A program made the translations under genes and the position numbers. The notes below the pieces were generated by a model, which saw only the letters and a list, made by a program, of their open reading frames with translations, was not told the DNA's origin and did not search any database. A stretch of DNA of 64,000 bases from Malacoraja senta (Eukaryota): the NCBI GenBank assembly GCA_038087875.1, contig CM075987.1, forward strand, positions 25,236,001 to 25,300,000. Direction: 5' to 3'. Of the stretch, positions 25,770-38,417 are shown piece by piece (position 1 is the first letter of the stretch; each line of letters opens with the position of its first letter).

Positions 25770-26105
25770 CTGGATAGAGTGGATGTGGGAGAGGATGTTT
25801 CCACTAGTGGGAGTGTCTAGGACCAAGAATTAAAGGACGTTCCTTCAGGAAGGAGATGAGGAGGAATTCCTTTAGTGAGAGGGTGGTGAATCTGTGGAAT
25901 TCTTTGCCACAGAAGGCTGTGGAGGCCAAGTTAGTGGATATATTTAAGGCGGAGATAGATACATTCTCGATTAATATGGATGTCAGGGGTCATGGGGAGA
26001 AGGCAGGAGAATGGGGTTAGGAGGGAGAGATAGATCCGCCATGATTGAATGGCAGAGTAGACTTGATGGGCTGAATGACAAAATTCTGCTCCTAACATTT
26101 ATGAA
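25770..26105 (+). mobile_element. CR1/HER1 LINE 3' fragment
   Basis: GGATAGAGTGGATGTG...CCACAGAAGGCTGTGGAGGCC...3' UTR as in other copies. Confidence 0.85.
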
Positions 26106-26346
26106 CTAACTTAGAAGCAGTCGATGATCCTTTGAAAGAGCTATTTTGAGCTGTTGTTCTTGCTGCCGATTACATTTTCTGCCGTACAATCTGAGAGGGA
26201 GATGGTTAGAAGATCAAGCACCAAGCTGGCAGCTGTTGTGTCAAGACATCATTGCACATTCAAGTTCTGTTCTGGAGCCCCCTTTGGGACGTCGCTGCAT
26301 TCTGTGTTTATGAACTTTTCAGTCTCTATTTATGATTTTATTATTG

Positions 26347-26640
26347 ATTAGTTTGGAGATACGTTGCAGGAACAGGCCCTTCGGCCCACCGAGTCCGTGC
26401 TGACCAATGGTCCCCGTACAAGAGCATTATCCTACACACTACGGACGTTTTACAGTTTTTACCGAAGCCAATTAACCTACAAACCTGTATGTCTTTGGAG
26501 TGTGAGTAGAAACCGGAGCTCCTGGAGAAAACCCACGCGGTCACAGGGAGAGCATACAAACTCCGCACAGACAGCACCCCTAATTCGGATTGAACCAAGG
26601 TCTCTGGCGCTGTAAGGCAGCAACTCTACCGCTGTGCCAC
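26347..26640 (-). mobile_element. HE1 SINE
   Basis: Reverse-complement match. Confidence 0.85.
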
Positions 26641-27538
26641 TCTTATGATATAGATTGTCAGGCTTTCCTCATGGATGTGCTTTGCCTGACAATACACTTC
26701 AATCTGTGCCGGATGAGATCTGCAGATAGCAAAGTGATCATGGTAGAATTCTTGAAGGTAGACAATAAAGGCATATCTATCTATCTATCTAAATGCTGGA
26801 GAAACTCAGCGGGTGAGGCAGCATCTATGGAGCATAGGAATAGGTGACGTTTCGGGTCGAGACCCTTCTTCAGACTTCTCGACCCGAAACGTCACCTATT
26901 TCCTCCGCTCCATAGATGCTGCCTCACCCGCTGAGTTTCTCCAGCATTTTTGTCCACCTTCGATTATTCCACCATCTGCAGTTCTTTCTTAAACATGGTA
27001 GAATTCTTAGTTTAATTAATTGCCACGTGTGCCCAGGTGCAGTGAAATGCTTTTTGTTGCGCGCTAACCAGTCAGTGGAAAGACTATATCTAATTACAAT
27101 CGAGCTGTCCACAGTGTACATGTACATTATAAAGGGAATAATGTTTAGTGCAAATGCAAACTGGAGAAACTCCCATGGTGATCAGAGGAATACCTTACAG
27201 AGCGAACTGGAGGTCAAGATCAAATGCAGATGGGGGTAGAAATGCTACGATGCATTAGATGTGCTGTAGGAAGTATTATATCGGGATGTATCTCAGCTTG
27301 GTTCGGGAACAGCTCCATCCAAGACCACAAGAAATTGCAGAGAATCGTGGACGCTGCCCAGACCATCACGCAAATCAACTGCCATTGACACCTCTCGCTG
27401 CCTCAGCAAGGCCAGCAGCATAATCAAGGACAAGTTGCACCCTGGCCACCCCCTCTTACCCCTCGGGCAAAGGGTATAGATGTGTGAAAACGCACACCTC
27501 CAGATTCAGGGGAAGTTTCTTTCCAGCTGTTATCGGGC

Positions 27539-27589
27539 AGGGTCAAAGAAAGAGCATTCACGTCGCGGCCCTGTCTCCACCAATCTTTC
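27539..27589 (+). ncRNA. Minimal HDV/CPEB3-like ribozyme
   Basis: P1 AGGGTC/GGCCCT, P2 GAAAGA/TCTTTC, P3 GCA/CGC (one mismatch), L3 TTCACGT, J1/4 GT, 5-nt P4 loop, J4/2 CCAA. Confidence 0.7.
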
Positions 27590-27711
27590 CACCACCACGC
27601 ACAGGAACCACAAGAAGGGACAAGACAAGCAACATTGTACGCAGATGCCGAGAAGTGTGTTCAGCTCTGGCTGAACAACTTCTAATCTTGTGTGTGGTCT
27701 CGATAAGAAGA
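27539..27711 (+). mobile_element. Short non-autonomous retroelement family B (HDV-ribozyme head, hairpins, (GAA)n tail)
   Basis: TSD AGCTGTTATC (27525-27534, 27712-27721); interrupts a Rex-like repeat; ends GATAAGAAGA. Confidence 0.8.
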
Positions 27712-27842
27712 AGCTGTTATCAGCCAACTGAATCACCCTACCAAAAACCAGAGAGCAGTCCTGAACTATTATCTATGTCATTGGTGACCCTTGGACTACC
27801 TTTGACCAGACTTTGTGGGTTTACCTTGCACTAAACATTCTT

Positions 27843-28028
27843 TGTTCAAGAAGGAACTGCAGACGCTGGAGAATCGAAGGTAGACAAAATTGCTGGAGAC
27901 ACTCAGCTGGTGCGGCAGCATCTATGGAGCGAAGGAAATAGGCAACGTCTCGGGCCGAAACGTTGCCTATTTCCTTCGCTCCATAGACGCCGCCGCACCC
28001 GCTGAGTTTCTCCAGCAATTTTGTCTAC
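27843..28028. mobile_element. Fold-back Penelope pLTR mini-insertion
   Basis: Inverted arms GTAGACAAAATTGCTGGAG...CTCCAGCAATTTTGTCTAC centred on GTCTCGGGCCGAAAC. Confidence 0.82.
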
Positions 28029-28891
28029 ACAGAGTAAACAAGATGGGCCGAATGGCCTGATTCTACTCCTATCTCTTCTGGTCCTATGATTCCTTCTCGC
28101 CAGTAATGCTGCGTTTCCCACTGGGTAGTCAGGATCGAACCCAGGTCTCTGGCGCTGTGAGGCAGCAACTCTACCGCTGCGCCACCCTGCCCCCCACCCC
28201 CCCCATAATGGAATGGAACGAGCAGATGCAATGGGATTGAGAACAATCTCCAAATACAATGACAGAGTCTTGAATTTAGTGCGATCTTGAAAATAAGCGA
28301 ATATTTATTTCAGTGCGAAACTACACAGATAAAGGCTTGCCAGAAACAAGATATACTTTCATAAATATTTCGCATGATTAATCAATGCCTGCCAGGTAAA
28401 TAACACCAGACGATAAAAGCATTCAATTTTATTTTAATGAACAGGCTTTCAAAATGATGCATAATTTTCCGAGGGATTGACAGTATACCACAACAAAACC
28501 TCCTAATATTCCCACCCACTGCTACCTTGCTGGGATCAGACACTAAATACCAGCCTGCCTACTTCACCTTGAAGCAATCTCAACAAATATACGGTGAACA
28601 CAATCTAATTTACAGCCACATTTTCTGCTAATGTTGCCATTTTTCTAGCCGTTTTCTTGATTTCGCGGAGATTTATGCTTTCAATGAATATTTCACTCTC
28701 CAGGCTTCACACACACACACACACAAAATCGCATCGGATTTAATTCCCTGATCTCATTCACTTTTGCATCCCTTCTGCACTGATACCCAATTTCAAAATA
28801 AGTAGATGTGACAGAACAAATGCATAGCACAGGCGACCATTGTCCCAACCTATAGGCAGAAGCAGAATTGCCAGGTTTCCTCATAAGTCCA

Positions 28892-29450
28892 GAGACCACA
28901 CCTGGAGTATTGTGTGCAGTTTTGGTCCCCTAATTTGAGGAAGGACATTCTTGCTATTGAGGGAGTGCAGCGTAGGTTTACAAGGTTAATTCCCGGATGG
29001 CGGGACTGTCCTATGCTGAGAGAATGAAGCAGCTGGGCTTGTACACTCTGGAATTTAGAAGGATGAGAGGGTATCTCATTGAAACATATAAGATTGTTAA
29101 GGGCTTGGACACGCTAGAGGCAGGAAACATGTTCCCGATGTTGGGGGGGATCCAGAACCAGGGGCCACAGTTTAAGAATAAAGAGTAAGCCATTTAGAAC
29201 GGAGACAAGGAAACACTTTTTCTCACAGAGAGTTGTGAGTCTGTGGAATTCTCTGCCTCAGAGGGCGGTGGAGGCAGGTTCTCTGGATACTTTCAAGAGA
29301 GAGCTAGATAGGGCTCTTAAAAATAGCGGAGTCAGGGGATATGGGGAGAAGGCAGGAACGGGGTACTGATTGGGGATGATCAGCCATGATCACATTGAAT
29401 GGCGGTGCTGGCTAGAAGGGCCGAATGGCCTACTCCTGCACCTATTGTCA
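28892..29450 (+). mobile_element. CR1/HER1 LINE 3' fragment
   Basis: [18 protein letters not shown]..; LGLYTLEFRRMRG.LIETYK; CTATTGT tail. Confidence 0.92.
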
Positions 29451-30001
29451 ATGTACCTGTGTATCGCAGCACCTTGACACAAACCTTGCTGGCTATTTAA
29501 ACAAGAACCTGTGCCACTCCAGTGGTTAAAGTTGGGTTATGCCAAGGTCACAACACACAATACATAAATGTTAATAGATACAAAATGCTGGAGTAACTCA
29601 GCGGGACAGGCAACATCTCTGGAGAGAAGGAATGGGTGACGTTTCGGGTCGAGACCCTTCTTCAGACTGTCACCCATTCATTCTCTCCAGCGATGCTGCC
29701 TGTCCCGCTGAGTTACTCCGGCATTTTGTGTCTGTCTTCGGTGTAAACCAGCATCTGCAGTTCCTTCCCACACATTGTTAATACCTATAAATTTTAACTC
29801 CAAAGACAATTCTGTATACTAACCCAAGGGAAACTACAAAAAAATGGGAAATGATATGATTCTGTTAATATTTTTGCACAGAAACCATAACAGCTGAAGC
29901 AAAACAATGATGTCCAGGAATGCAGATTCTAAATTTAGAAATTTATGAAATCCCCAGACTAGCTTGAGTTGCAAATGGATCAAACATTTTCACTGGTTTA
30001 C

Positions 30002-30293
30002 CTTAGAGATACAGCGCGGAAACAGGCCCTTCGGCCCACCGAGTCCGCGCCGCCCAGCGATCCCCGCACACCAACAACTATCCTACACACACTAGGGACA
30101 ATTTACAATTTTACCGAAGCCAATTAACATACAAACCTGTACGTCTTTGGAGTGCGGGAGGAAACCGGAGATCCCGGTGAAAACCCACACAGGTCACGAG
30201 GAGAACGTGCGAACTCCTTGCAGACTGCACCCCGTTATCAGGATCAAACCCGGGTCTCTGGCGCTGTAAGGCGACAACTCTACCGCTGCGCCC
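30002..30293 (-). mobile_element. HE1 SINE
   Basis: Reverse-complement match. Confidence 0.85.
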
Positions 30294-30404
30294 CCTAATC
30301 ACCAACATTTTTAGTACTTCACCCCACTAATCATAGTACTTCACACAGGTTTTAGCTCATCTACAACTCACATGCAGAGAATTGTCTTTTACGATGCAAA
30401 AGAC

Positions 30405-30728
30405 TTTTATTTATCCCAGGAGGGAAATTGATCTGTCAACAGTAATAAAAACACAAATTACATGAAACATGAAATTAAAGTGACAAGTGGAAAGGATTGG
30501 GGGATGTGCAAAGATTGGGGAGGGGGGAGTCAGTCTCAGTCTACCCCACGACAGAAGGGGGAGGAGTTGTACAGTTTGATAGCCGCAGGGAAAAGGGGAT
30601 CTCCTGTGGCGTTCTGTGCTGCATCTTGGTGGAACCAGTCTGTTGCTGAAGGTGCTCCTCAGGTTGACCAGTGTGTCACGGAGGGGGTGAGCTGTATTTT
30701 TTAAGAGTTTCTGCAGTTTGAGGAGCAT
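30405..30728 (-). mobile_element. Rex1/Babar-like LINE 3' fragment
   Basis: HPL.......STFSNRL..PRC.TER.RRS..P motif and GGGATAAATAAAAGT-type 3' end. Confidence 0.7.
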
Positions 30729-31106
30729 CTTGAAACATACAAGATTATAAAGGGTTTGGACACGCTAGAGGCAGGAAACCTGTTCCCGATGTTGGGGGAG
30801 TCCAGAACCCGGGGCCACAGTTTAAGAATAAGGAGCAAGGCATTTAGAACGGAGATGAGGAAACACTTTTTCACACAGTGAGTTGTGAGTCTGTGGAATT
30901 CTCTGCCTCAGAGGGCGGTGGAGGCAGGTTCTCTGGATACTTTCAAGAGAGAGCTAGATAGGGCTCTTAAAGATAGCAGAGTCAGGGGATATGGGGAGAA
31001 GGCAGGAATGGGGTACTGATTGAGGATGATCAGCCATGATCACATTGAATGGCGGTGCTGGCTCGAAGGGCCGAATGGCCTACTCCTGCACCTATTGTCT
31101 ATTGTC
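30728..31106 (+). mobile_element. CR1/HER1 LINE 3' fragment
   Basis: Near-identical to 29080-29450. Confidence 0.9.
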
Positions 31107-31396
31107 TTCCCCTCCACAGCCCATCTTCCCAGGATGGAGCCAGCCTTCCTGATATGTTTGTTAATCCTAATCCTTTTTCACAGGATTATACATTCCTAGT
31201 CTTTGGATGTTGTCAATCGTTGCTGCTCACTGTAAGATGTTTAAAGAATGGCTGCAAGTGACAGGACGAGTCAGACTGGTTGGTGGATGATTTATGGTCA
31301 ATGACTGAACATTCATGAGCCTTTAATTTAAGCCATTGACCTGACTTTATAACGCCACACATTTAACCAGACTGTCACACAAACCAACCTCCCTCC

Positions 31397-32067
31397 CTTT
31401 AAATACCTGGGAGTCCACATCTCAGAGGATCTGACATGGACATCACACGCTGCCGCACTGGTGAGTAAGGCAAGGCAGTGCCTTTACCACCTCAGGCAAT
31501 TGAGGAAATTCAGAGTGTCGCTGAGGATCCTCCAGTGCTTCTGCTCAGCGGCTGTGGAAAGCATCTTGTCCGCCAACATCACAATCTGGTTTGGGAACTG
31601 CTCTGCCCTGGACAAGAAGGCTCTGCAGAGAGTAGTGCGTTCGGCCGAACGCACTATGGGAACTGCACTCGCCCCCCAGCAGGAACTATACACCAGGAGG
31701 TGCAGATCCAGAGCCAGCAACATTATGGGGGACCCCTACCACCCCAGCAACGGACTGTTCCAGCTGCTACGGTCAGGCAAACGCCTCCGCTGTCACGCTG
31801 TGAAAACAGAGAGGATGAGAAGGAGTTTCTTCCCAGTGGCCATTCGGACTGTAAACCCCTATCTCACCAGGGACTAACTTACTGTACCAATTTACTGCTG
31901 TGTGGTGTCTTTCTAAAATTGATGTTTTTTCTTTTTTTCCCCACAAATATGTAATTACTGATCCTGTTCCATTCTGTTTTGTAGTTTTTTGCACAATCCA
32001 CAGGCATTGCCACTTTTCATTTCACTGCACATCTCGTATGCGTATGTGACGAATAAACTTGACTTGT
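31397..32067 (+). mobile_element. Rex1/Babar LINE 3' fragment (RT thumb to C-terminus)
   Basis: FKYLGVHISEDLTW..H....SKARQ.LY.LR.LRKF...VESIL...IT.WFGN...KKALQRVV..AE..; RRSFFP.AIR; AATAAAC(TTGAC)n tail. Confidence 0.9.
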
Positions 32068-32737
32068 CGACTCCATTTACACCTGACGCTGCCTCGGCAA
32101 GGCCAGCAGCATAATCAAGGACCAGTCGCACCCCTGGCCACTCCCTCTTCTCCCCTCTCCCATCGGGCAAAAGGTACAGAAGTGTGAAAACGCACAGCTC
32201 CAGATTCAGGGACAGTTTCTTCCCAGCTGTTATCAGGCAACTGAACCATCCTACCAACAACCGGAGAGCAGTCCTGAACTTCTATCTACCTCATTGGAGA
32301 CCCTCGGACTATCTTTGAATGAACTTTACTGACTGAACCTTGCACGAAACGTGATTCCCTTTATCGTAAATCTGTCCCAAATGCAGGTAAGTATTGACAG
32401 CAAAAGGAAGAGAGAAACTGGATTCAAAGGCAAGGATGTGGTTATTTTTTTTTTAGATGAGTTTAGTTTATTGTCACATGTACCGAGGTACAATGAAAAG
32501 CTTTTGTTGTGTCTTAACTAACCAGTCTGCGGAAAGACAATATGTGATTTCAATCGAGCCATCCACAGTGTACAGATACACGATACAGGGAATAACGTGA
32601 ATAATGTTTAGTGCAAGATAAAGTCCAGTAGAGTCAGATCAAAGATAGTCTGAAGGTCTCCAATGAGGTAGATAGTAGATCAGGCCTGCTATGTATTGTT
32701 GGTAGGATGGTTCAGTTGCCTGATAACAGCTGGGAAA

Positions 32738-32863
32738 GGGGGTCGGAGATTGCAACCTTCACCTGTTTCGACTAATGCAATCAACCCGACGTGCACAAAC
32801 AAGATCAAATACAACAAGTTGACCTACAACTTTAGTCTGTGCATGCCAGACGCAAGAAGAAGA
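32738..32863 (+). mobile_element. Short retroelement family A, copy 2
   Basis: TSD AGCTGGGAAA (32728-32737, 32864-32873); GGGGGTC-GGA-GATTGCA-ACC-TTCAC[del]CT-GT-TTCGA-CTAA-TGCAATC head; (GAA)n tail. Confidence 0.85.
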
Positions 32864-34520
32864 AGCTGGGAAACATAGTCCCTGTGCCACCCTGGAAGTT
32901 CCCGCTTCCAATATGTTGTAAAATTCAATTATTTCTGGTAGCATCAACCACGTGCCAGCAAACATCAGAGGTGGTCGATCTATTTTATTTTCCTCCACAT
33001 TTTCTCCCCAATGCCTTGGTTTCAATCGAAATCGCCAACCTAGTAAAAGAGCAATCAACTCCCATTGAGAGTGTTGGAACTAGATAGCACACAAGTCATT
33101 CTACTGAAAGTGCATTATTGCCCAAGCTTGCCATTCCTTAAGCCGCGGTAAACTCAATGGTGTGAAATTTGAGTAAAAGATTATAGTAAAGATTAAGGAT
33201 TTTTTTCTTCATGTCGGGCCAAGTATTTGTCATACATGGTGGAGTGAACCTTTTGTTTATCTGTTACTGTTTTAAAGTTGGTTGCAAGGACACATGCAAC
33301 TACCGCCCCTTTCCCTCAGTTGCCCTGTAGCCCTCTCCCCTCCCTTCTCACGTTACATTATTGCTCATTTTTCCGTGCCCATTTCAAAATTCAGGTAAGC
33401 AAGCAATCTCTTTCATTTCCCTTGTTACAGTGGTTGATGCTACCAGTGAGAATTTGAATGTTACCACATGCTGGAAGCAGGAACTTCCAAGGCAGCTCCA
33501 GGCAGGTTGCGTGGGATAGTGCTGGAGTACAGGTGTGGAATCTGTGGGCCGAAGGGCCTGTTTCCTCGTTGTATCTCTAAACTAAACCCGGACAATTTTG
33601 CAAGTTGGAACTGGCACCACCCAACAATATATTTAAATAAAAACAGAGGCCAACGTGTTATTTAACCAGGCCCCTTCACTCAAACCTAGTCAAATAGCTC
33701 TGCAAAGATGCAATGATACTGCTGTGAATCAGGGCAGATGATGACTGCAGTCTTGCAACAGTCAGTAAACCCAACCCCGACAGTCTTCCCAATCACTCGT
33801 TTGTATGTAGGAGTTAGTCTGATGAAGGGGCTCGACCCCAAACGTCACCCATTCCTTCTCTCCAGAGATGCTGCCTGCCCCGCTGAGTTACTCCAGCCGT
33901 GGGTTTAAACATAAGTTTGGTGTTCGTAACCTGTGAACAGGGGAGTAACTAGCATGGAACTCAGTCAAAGGATGGCTGTTTTACAGGCTACCAAACGCGG
34001 GAATTTGGAGCGTGGGAGAATTTTTAAGGATCTTAAAGTTTAACCTGGTTCTAAAATTGAGGGTATTAGTTAGGACTAACCTAGATTTTTTTTTTCTGGA
34101 ATGCCAGAATTCAAGGGGAGACCCAATAGAAGTATGCAAAATTATAGGAACATAGATAGGTTCTGACTGTATGTCCTTTTCCCCCCCCAGGAAATGTCAA
34201 AGACTAGAGGGCACAGCTTTGAAGGGGAGAGGGGCCAAGTTTAAAAGTGATGTGCAGGGCAAGATTTTTACCATAAGTGAAAATAGATACAATTGTGAGA
34301 CCTCGGTGAAATAAATCAAAGTCTATTAGAAATCAGGGAGGAGATTGCAGAGGCTTTGATTTTTAATCCACCCTTGCTAGGGGGGTTGATGCCAAGATTG
34401 GAGGACCACTTGTGTTGTTATGGAGGAAACAATACAACAGTAATTTCAGGCCTGTTAGTTTAATTTCTTTTCAGGGCATGTTAAATAAGGAGAATACATT
34501 CTATCGAGCAATGTTAACTA

Positions 34521-34833
34521 TTAGTTTAGTTTAGAGATACAGCGCGTAAACAGGCCCTTCGGCCCAGAGAGTCCGCGCCGACCAGCGATCCCCGCACACT
34601 AACACCATCCTACACACACGCGAGGGATAATTGTTACATTTATACCAAGCCAATTAACCTACAAACCTGTACGTCTTTGGAGTATGCGAGGAAACCGAAT
34701 ATCCGCTAAAAAACCCACGCAGGCCACAGGGAGAACGTGCAAACTCCGTACAGACAGCACCGGTAGTCAGGAACGAACCCGGGTCTCTGGCGCTGTAAGG
34801 TGGCAACTCTACCACTGCGCCACCGTGCCGCCC
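34521..34833 (-). mobile_element. HE1 SINE
   Basis: Full-length reverse-complement match. Confidence 0.88.
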
Positions 34834-35373
34834 AAACACTTAAGTTTAGCCCAATCTCTACACTGAACTAAATTAGTTGGAAAGGCACACATTAATCAGG
34901 GACAGTGGGCAAGGATGCAAGGGAAAATTGTGCCAGAGTAACTCGATTAAAATGTTTCAAGAGATAACAAGGAGGTCAAGGATATTTGATAAATCCAATG
35001 CAATTGATGTTTTCTACATGAATGTTCACAAGCTCGTGACAAGATTTCATATGGCAGGCTGGCAAAAATATATCCCTTACAAGTGGTTCAAAAATAAAAA
35101 TCACAGGCATAAATTTCAAAGGGACACAAAGAAGGATTGGACAGATGAAGAAAATATTTTCTTGACCCACTGTACTAGAAAGAGCAGTGGAGGCAGACAC
35201 CTCGATCACATCTAACTGTGGACTGCACGTGCAGAGGTGTGACCTGCAGGGCAGTGGATTTAAGGCGAGATGAGATCAGATCGCTCATTCTGGAAGAAAA
35301 TCCCAAAGCCTTGATCTGTGTCCATAACATATAACAATAGCAATGCGCTTCAGACAATTGATGTCTTGTAGCC

Positions 35374-35475
35374 GAAGATAAGACACACAATGCTGGAGTG
35401 ACTCAGTGGGTCAGGCAGCATCTCTGGAGATAGGGAATAGGTGACTTTTCGGGACGAGACTCTTCTTCAGACTCA
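35374..35475 (-). mobile_element. Penelope pLTR mini-insertion
   Basis: 14-bp TSD GATGTCTTGTAGCC (35360-35373, 35476-35489). Confidence 0.8.
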
Positions 35476-35700
35476 GATGTCTTGTAGCCCTTGGGTATCA
35501 ACAATTACTACTTCCTCTGGCCTTCATTTCAAAAAAGCCCCCAAATAAACCAATTACCAGAAAGCCATTCTCTCATTCATTCATTCAATGAATCATTAAC
35601 AAAAGGCCAGAACTTCTTGACCATCCCATATTTTTTTTGTTTGAGAGATTGGAGAATAGTTCTTCAAATAAATGTACTCCTAGCACGGTTTAGTGGGAAG

Positions 35701-36032
35701 TTTAGTTTAGTTTAGTTTAGTTTAGAGATACAGCGCGGAAACAGGCCCTTCGGCCCGCCGGGTCTGCGCCGACCAGCGATCCCCGCACTTTAACACCGTC
35801 CCACACCCACTGGGGACAATTTTTTACATTTACCAAGCCAATTAACCTACAAACCTGTACGTCTTTAGAGTGTGGGAGGAAACCTAAGATGTCGGAGAAA
35901 ACCCACGCAGGTCACGCGGAGAACGTACAAACTCCGCACAGACAGCACCCGTAGTCGGGATCGAACCCGGGTCTCCGGCGCTGCATTCGCTGTAAGGCAG
36001 AAACTCTACCGCTGGCGCCACCGTGACCGCCC
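35701..36032 (-). mobile_element. HE1 SINE
   Basis: Full-length reverse-complement match, (TTTAG)n tail. Confidence 0.88.
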
Positions 36033-36155
36033 AAACGTTAGACCCAGCAACAAAGAAGGGATGGCGACATATTTCCAGATCAGGAGGGAGTGCAATCTGG
36101 ATGACGAATTGCACAATGCTGGAGTGGGTCCAGGCAGCATCTCTGGACAACATGG

Positions 36156-36732
36156 ATAAGGTCATGAGATCATAAGTGATAGGAGTAGAATTAGGCCATT
36201 CGGCCCGACAACTCTACTCCAACATTCAATCATGGCTGATTTATCTCTCCCTCTGAACCCCATCCTCCTGCCTTCTCCCCATAACCCCTGACACCCGCAC
36301 TAATCAAGAATCTATCTATTTCTGCCGTAAAAATATCCACTGACGGCCTCCACGGCCTTCTGTGGCATTGAATTCCACAGATTCACCACCCTCTGACTAA
36401 AGAAATGTCTCCTCATCTCCTTCCTAAAAGAACGTCCTCTAATTCTGAGGGTAAGACCTCTAGTTCTAGACTCTCCCACTAGTGGAAACATCCGCTCCAC
36501 ATCCACTCTATCCAAGCCTTTCACTATTCTCTATGTTTCAATGAGGTCCCCCCTCATTGTTCTGAACTCCAGCGAGTACAGGCCCAGTGCCGACAAACAC
36601 TCATCATAGGTTAACCCACTCATTCCTGGGATCATTCTTGTAAACCTCCTCTGGACCCTCTCCAGAGCCGGCACATCCTTCCTCAGATATGGTGCCCAAA
36701 ATTGCTCACAAAATTCCAAATGTGGCCTTGCC
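36156..36732 (-). mobile_element. CR1/HER1 LINE 3' fragment
   Basis: RPHLEFCEQFWAPYLRKD..ERVQRRFTRMIPGM; KGLDRVDVERMFPLVGESRTRG. Confidence 0.92.
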
Positions 36733-37802
36733 ATCCTCCAGAGAAGGATCTCGACCCAAAACATCGCCCAACCTATTTTTTTTTCCCTGCACACAAATTG
36801 CAAGGGAACTGGTGCAAATGTGGCCATTCCGGAGCATTCAAAGCACTTCATGACGGCTAACATTAGAGTCATCAAGACAGGTGATTCTACCTCTCCTGGG
36901 CACTGGAAGGATGGAGAGTCCATGGACCAGATTGGGACAGTAGTCTGTTGAAGTATGAGGACGAGATGTCAGCGAAGATCGCGGCCAATTGATTAACAAA
37001 TTCAGAATCGGTCTATGGACATTATCCATGGGCAGCACAGCGGTAGAGTCGCACCCTTACAGCGCCAGAGACCCGGGATCCATCCTGACCACGGGTGCTG
37101 TCTGCACGGAGTTTGCACCTTCTCCCTGCGACTGCGTGGGCTTTCTCCGGGAGCTCCGGTTTCCTCCCACTCTCCTTAGTCGTACATGTTTGTTGGTTAA
37201 TTGGCTTGGGTAAAATAGCAAATTGTCCCTAGTGTGTGGGTTGGCGCTAGTGTACGGGTAATCGCTGGTTCTTGGTTCTTGGTTTCTTGGTCCTCCAAAA
37301 TATTCCAAATGGTCGGCACGGACTCGGTGGGCCGAAGGGCCTGTTTCCGTATTGCATCTCTAAAGTCCAAAAGTCAGACCGGCTGCTTTGAGAGTTTAAT
37401 CCAATGAAAGCAGATTTAACTTCTTCTGATGTGGGAAGCACATTGGAAGAAATGTTATTTGCCTACTCAAAATAGGTATAATATGCATTGAGCTCATTCG
37501 GTAGTGTTGCTGCCAAAAAACGTTCCCGAATTCAGCTTATAGCCCATGATAGTTTGTAGGCCCTGCCACAGTTGCCTGGTTGATTGAATTGATTGGATTG
37601 AGCCTCCAGCTTGTTATGGATTTCTCTCTTGGCATCACTTGATAACCTCGCTGAGATCATTCTTGGCCCTCATGCACAGTAGAGAAACATTGATCTTGAA
37701 AGCCTTGGATCTGCTCTTTGGCAGGGAGTCCATCTCCCTGTTCGGCCCGAGGGTTGGGTTAGGATAGGCTCCAATTGGTGGAACACAGTCAACAGTACCG
37801 AA

Positions 37803-38093
37803 GACGGCACGGTGGCGCAGCGGTAGAGTTGCTGCCTTGCAGCGCCAGAGACTCGGGTTCAATCCTGACCACGGGTGCTGTCTGTGCGGAGTTTGTACGT
37901 TCTACCCGTGACCGCGTGGGTTTTCTCCGGGTGCTCCGGTTTCCTCCCACGCTCCAAAGACGTGCAGGTTTTGTAAGTTAATTGACTTTGCCCCTAGTGT
38001 GTAGGATAGTATTAGTGTACGGGGTGATCGCTGGTCGGCACGGACTTTGGTGGGCCAAATGGCCTGTTTCCCCGCTGTATCTGTAAAGTCTAA
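37803..38093 (+). mobile_element. HE1 SINE
   Basis: GGCACGGTGGCGCAGCGGTAGAG A-box, GGTTCAATCC B-box, V-domain, tail. Confidence 0.9.
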
Positions 38094-38417
38094 TTTTCCT
38101 TTTGCATTATCGTTCCCAAGCGAGAAAAAGGAGGCTGATATCCCGAAAATGCAGCGGATATCCTGGATTCAGTTTACATTAATGAAAAAATAATTTAAAC
38201 ATCTGGAACTTTGGCACCATCCCACTGCAGACTGCCATAGTGCAGCTAAAGAGAAGCAAGTTCCACAGAAGAGAAATTTGTGAAGAAAATGTTCAAATTT
38301 TCAAACACAGGCAAATTTGATGATTTTCGATGCGATTGACTCGCAGTTAAGGGCAGGGGATTGATGCCAGGGACGGCAAACACTGTGGCAGAAATGTGTT
38401 CAGAAACCAACGCACCC

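Larger units (their letters stand above)
27265..27838 (+). mobile_element. Rex1/Babar-like LINE 3' fragment (host of a ribozyme element)
   Basis: SIISGCISAWFGNSS..DHKKLQRIVDAAQ..; RFRGSFFPAVI motif; 3' UTR shared with 32070-32370 and 59567-59880. Confidence 0.75.

Noticed and set aside
37803..37875. HE1 heads as functional tRNA genes
   Set aside because: Continue directly into V-domain and LINE-derived tail; SINE heads, not tRNAs
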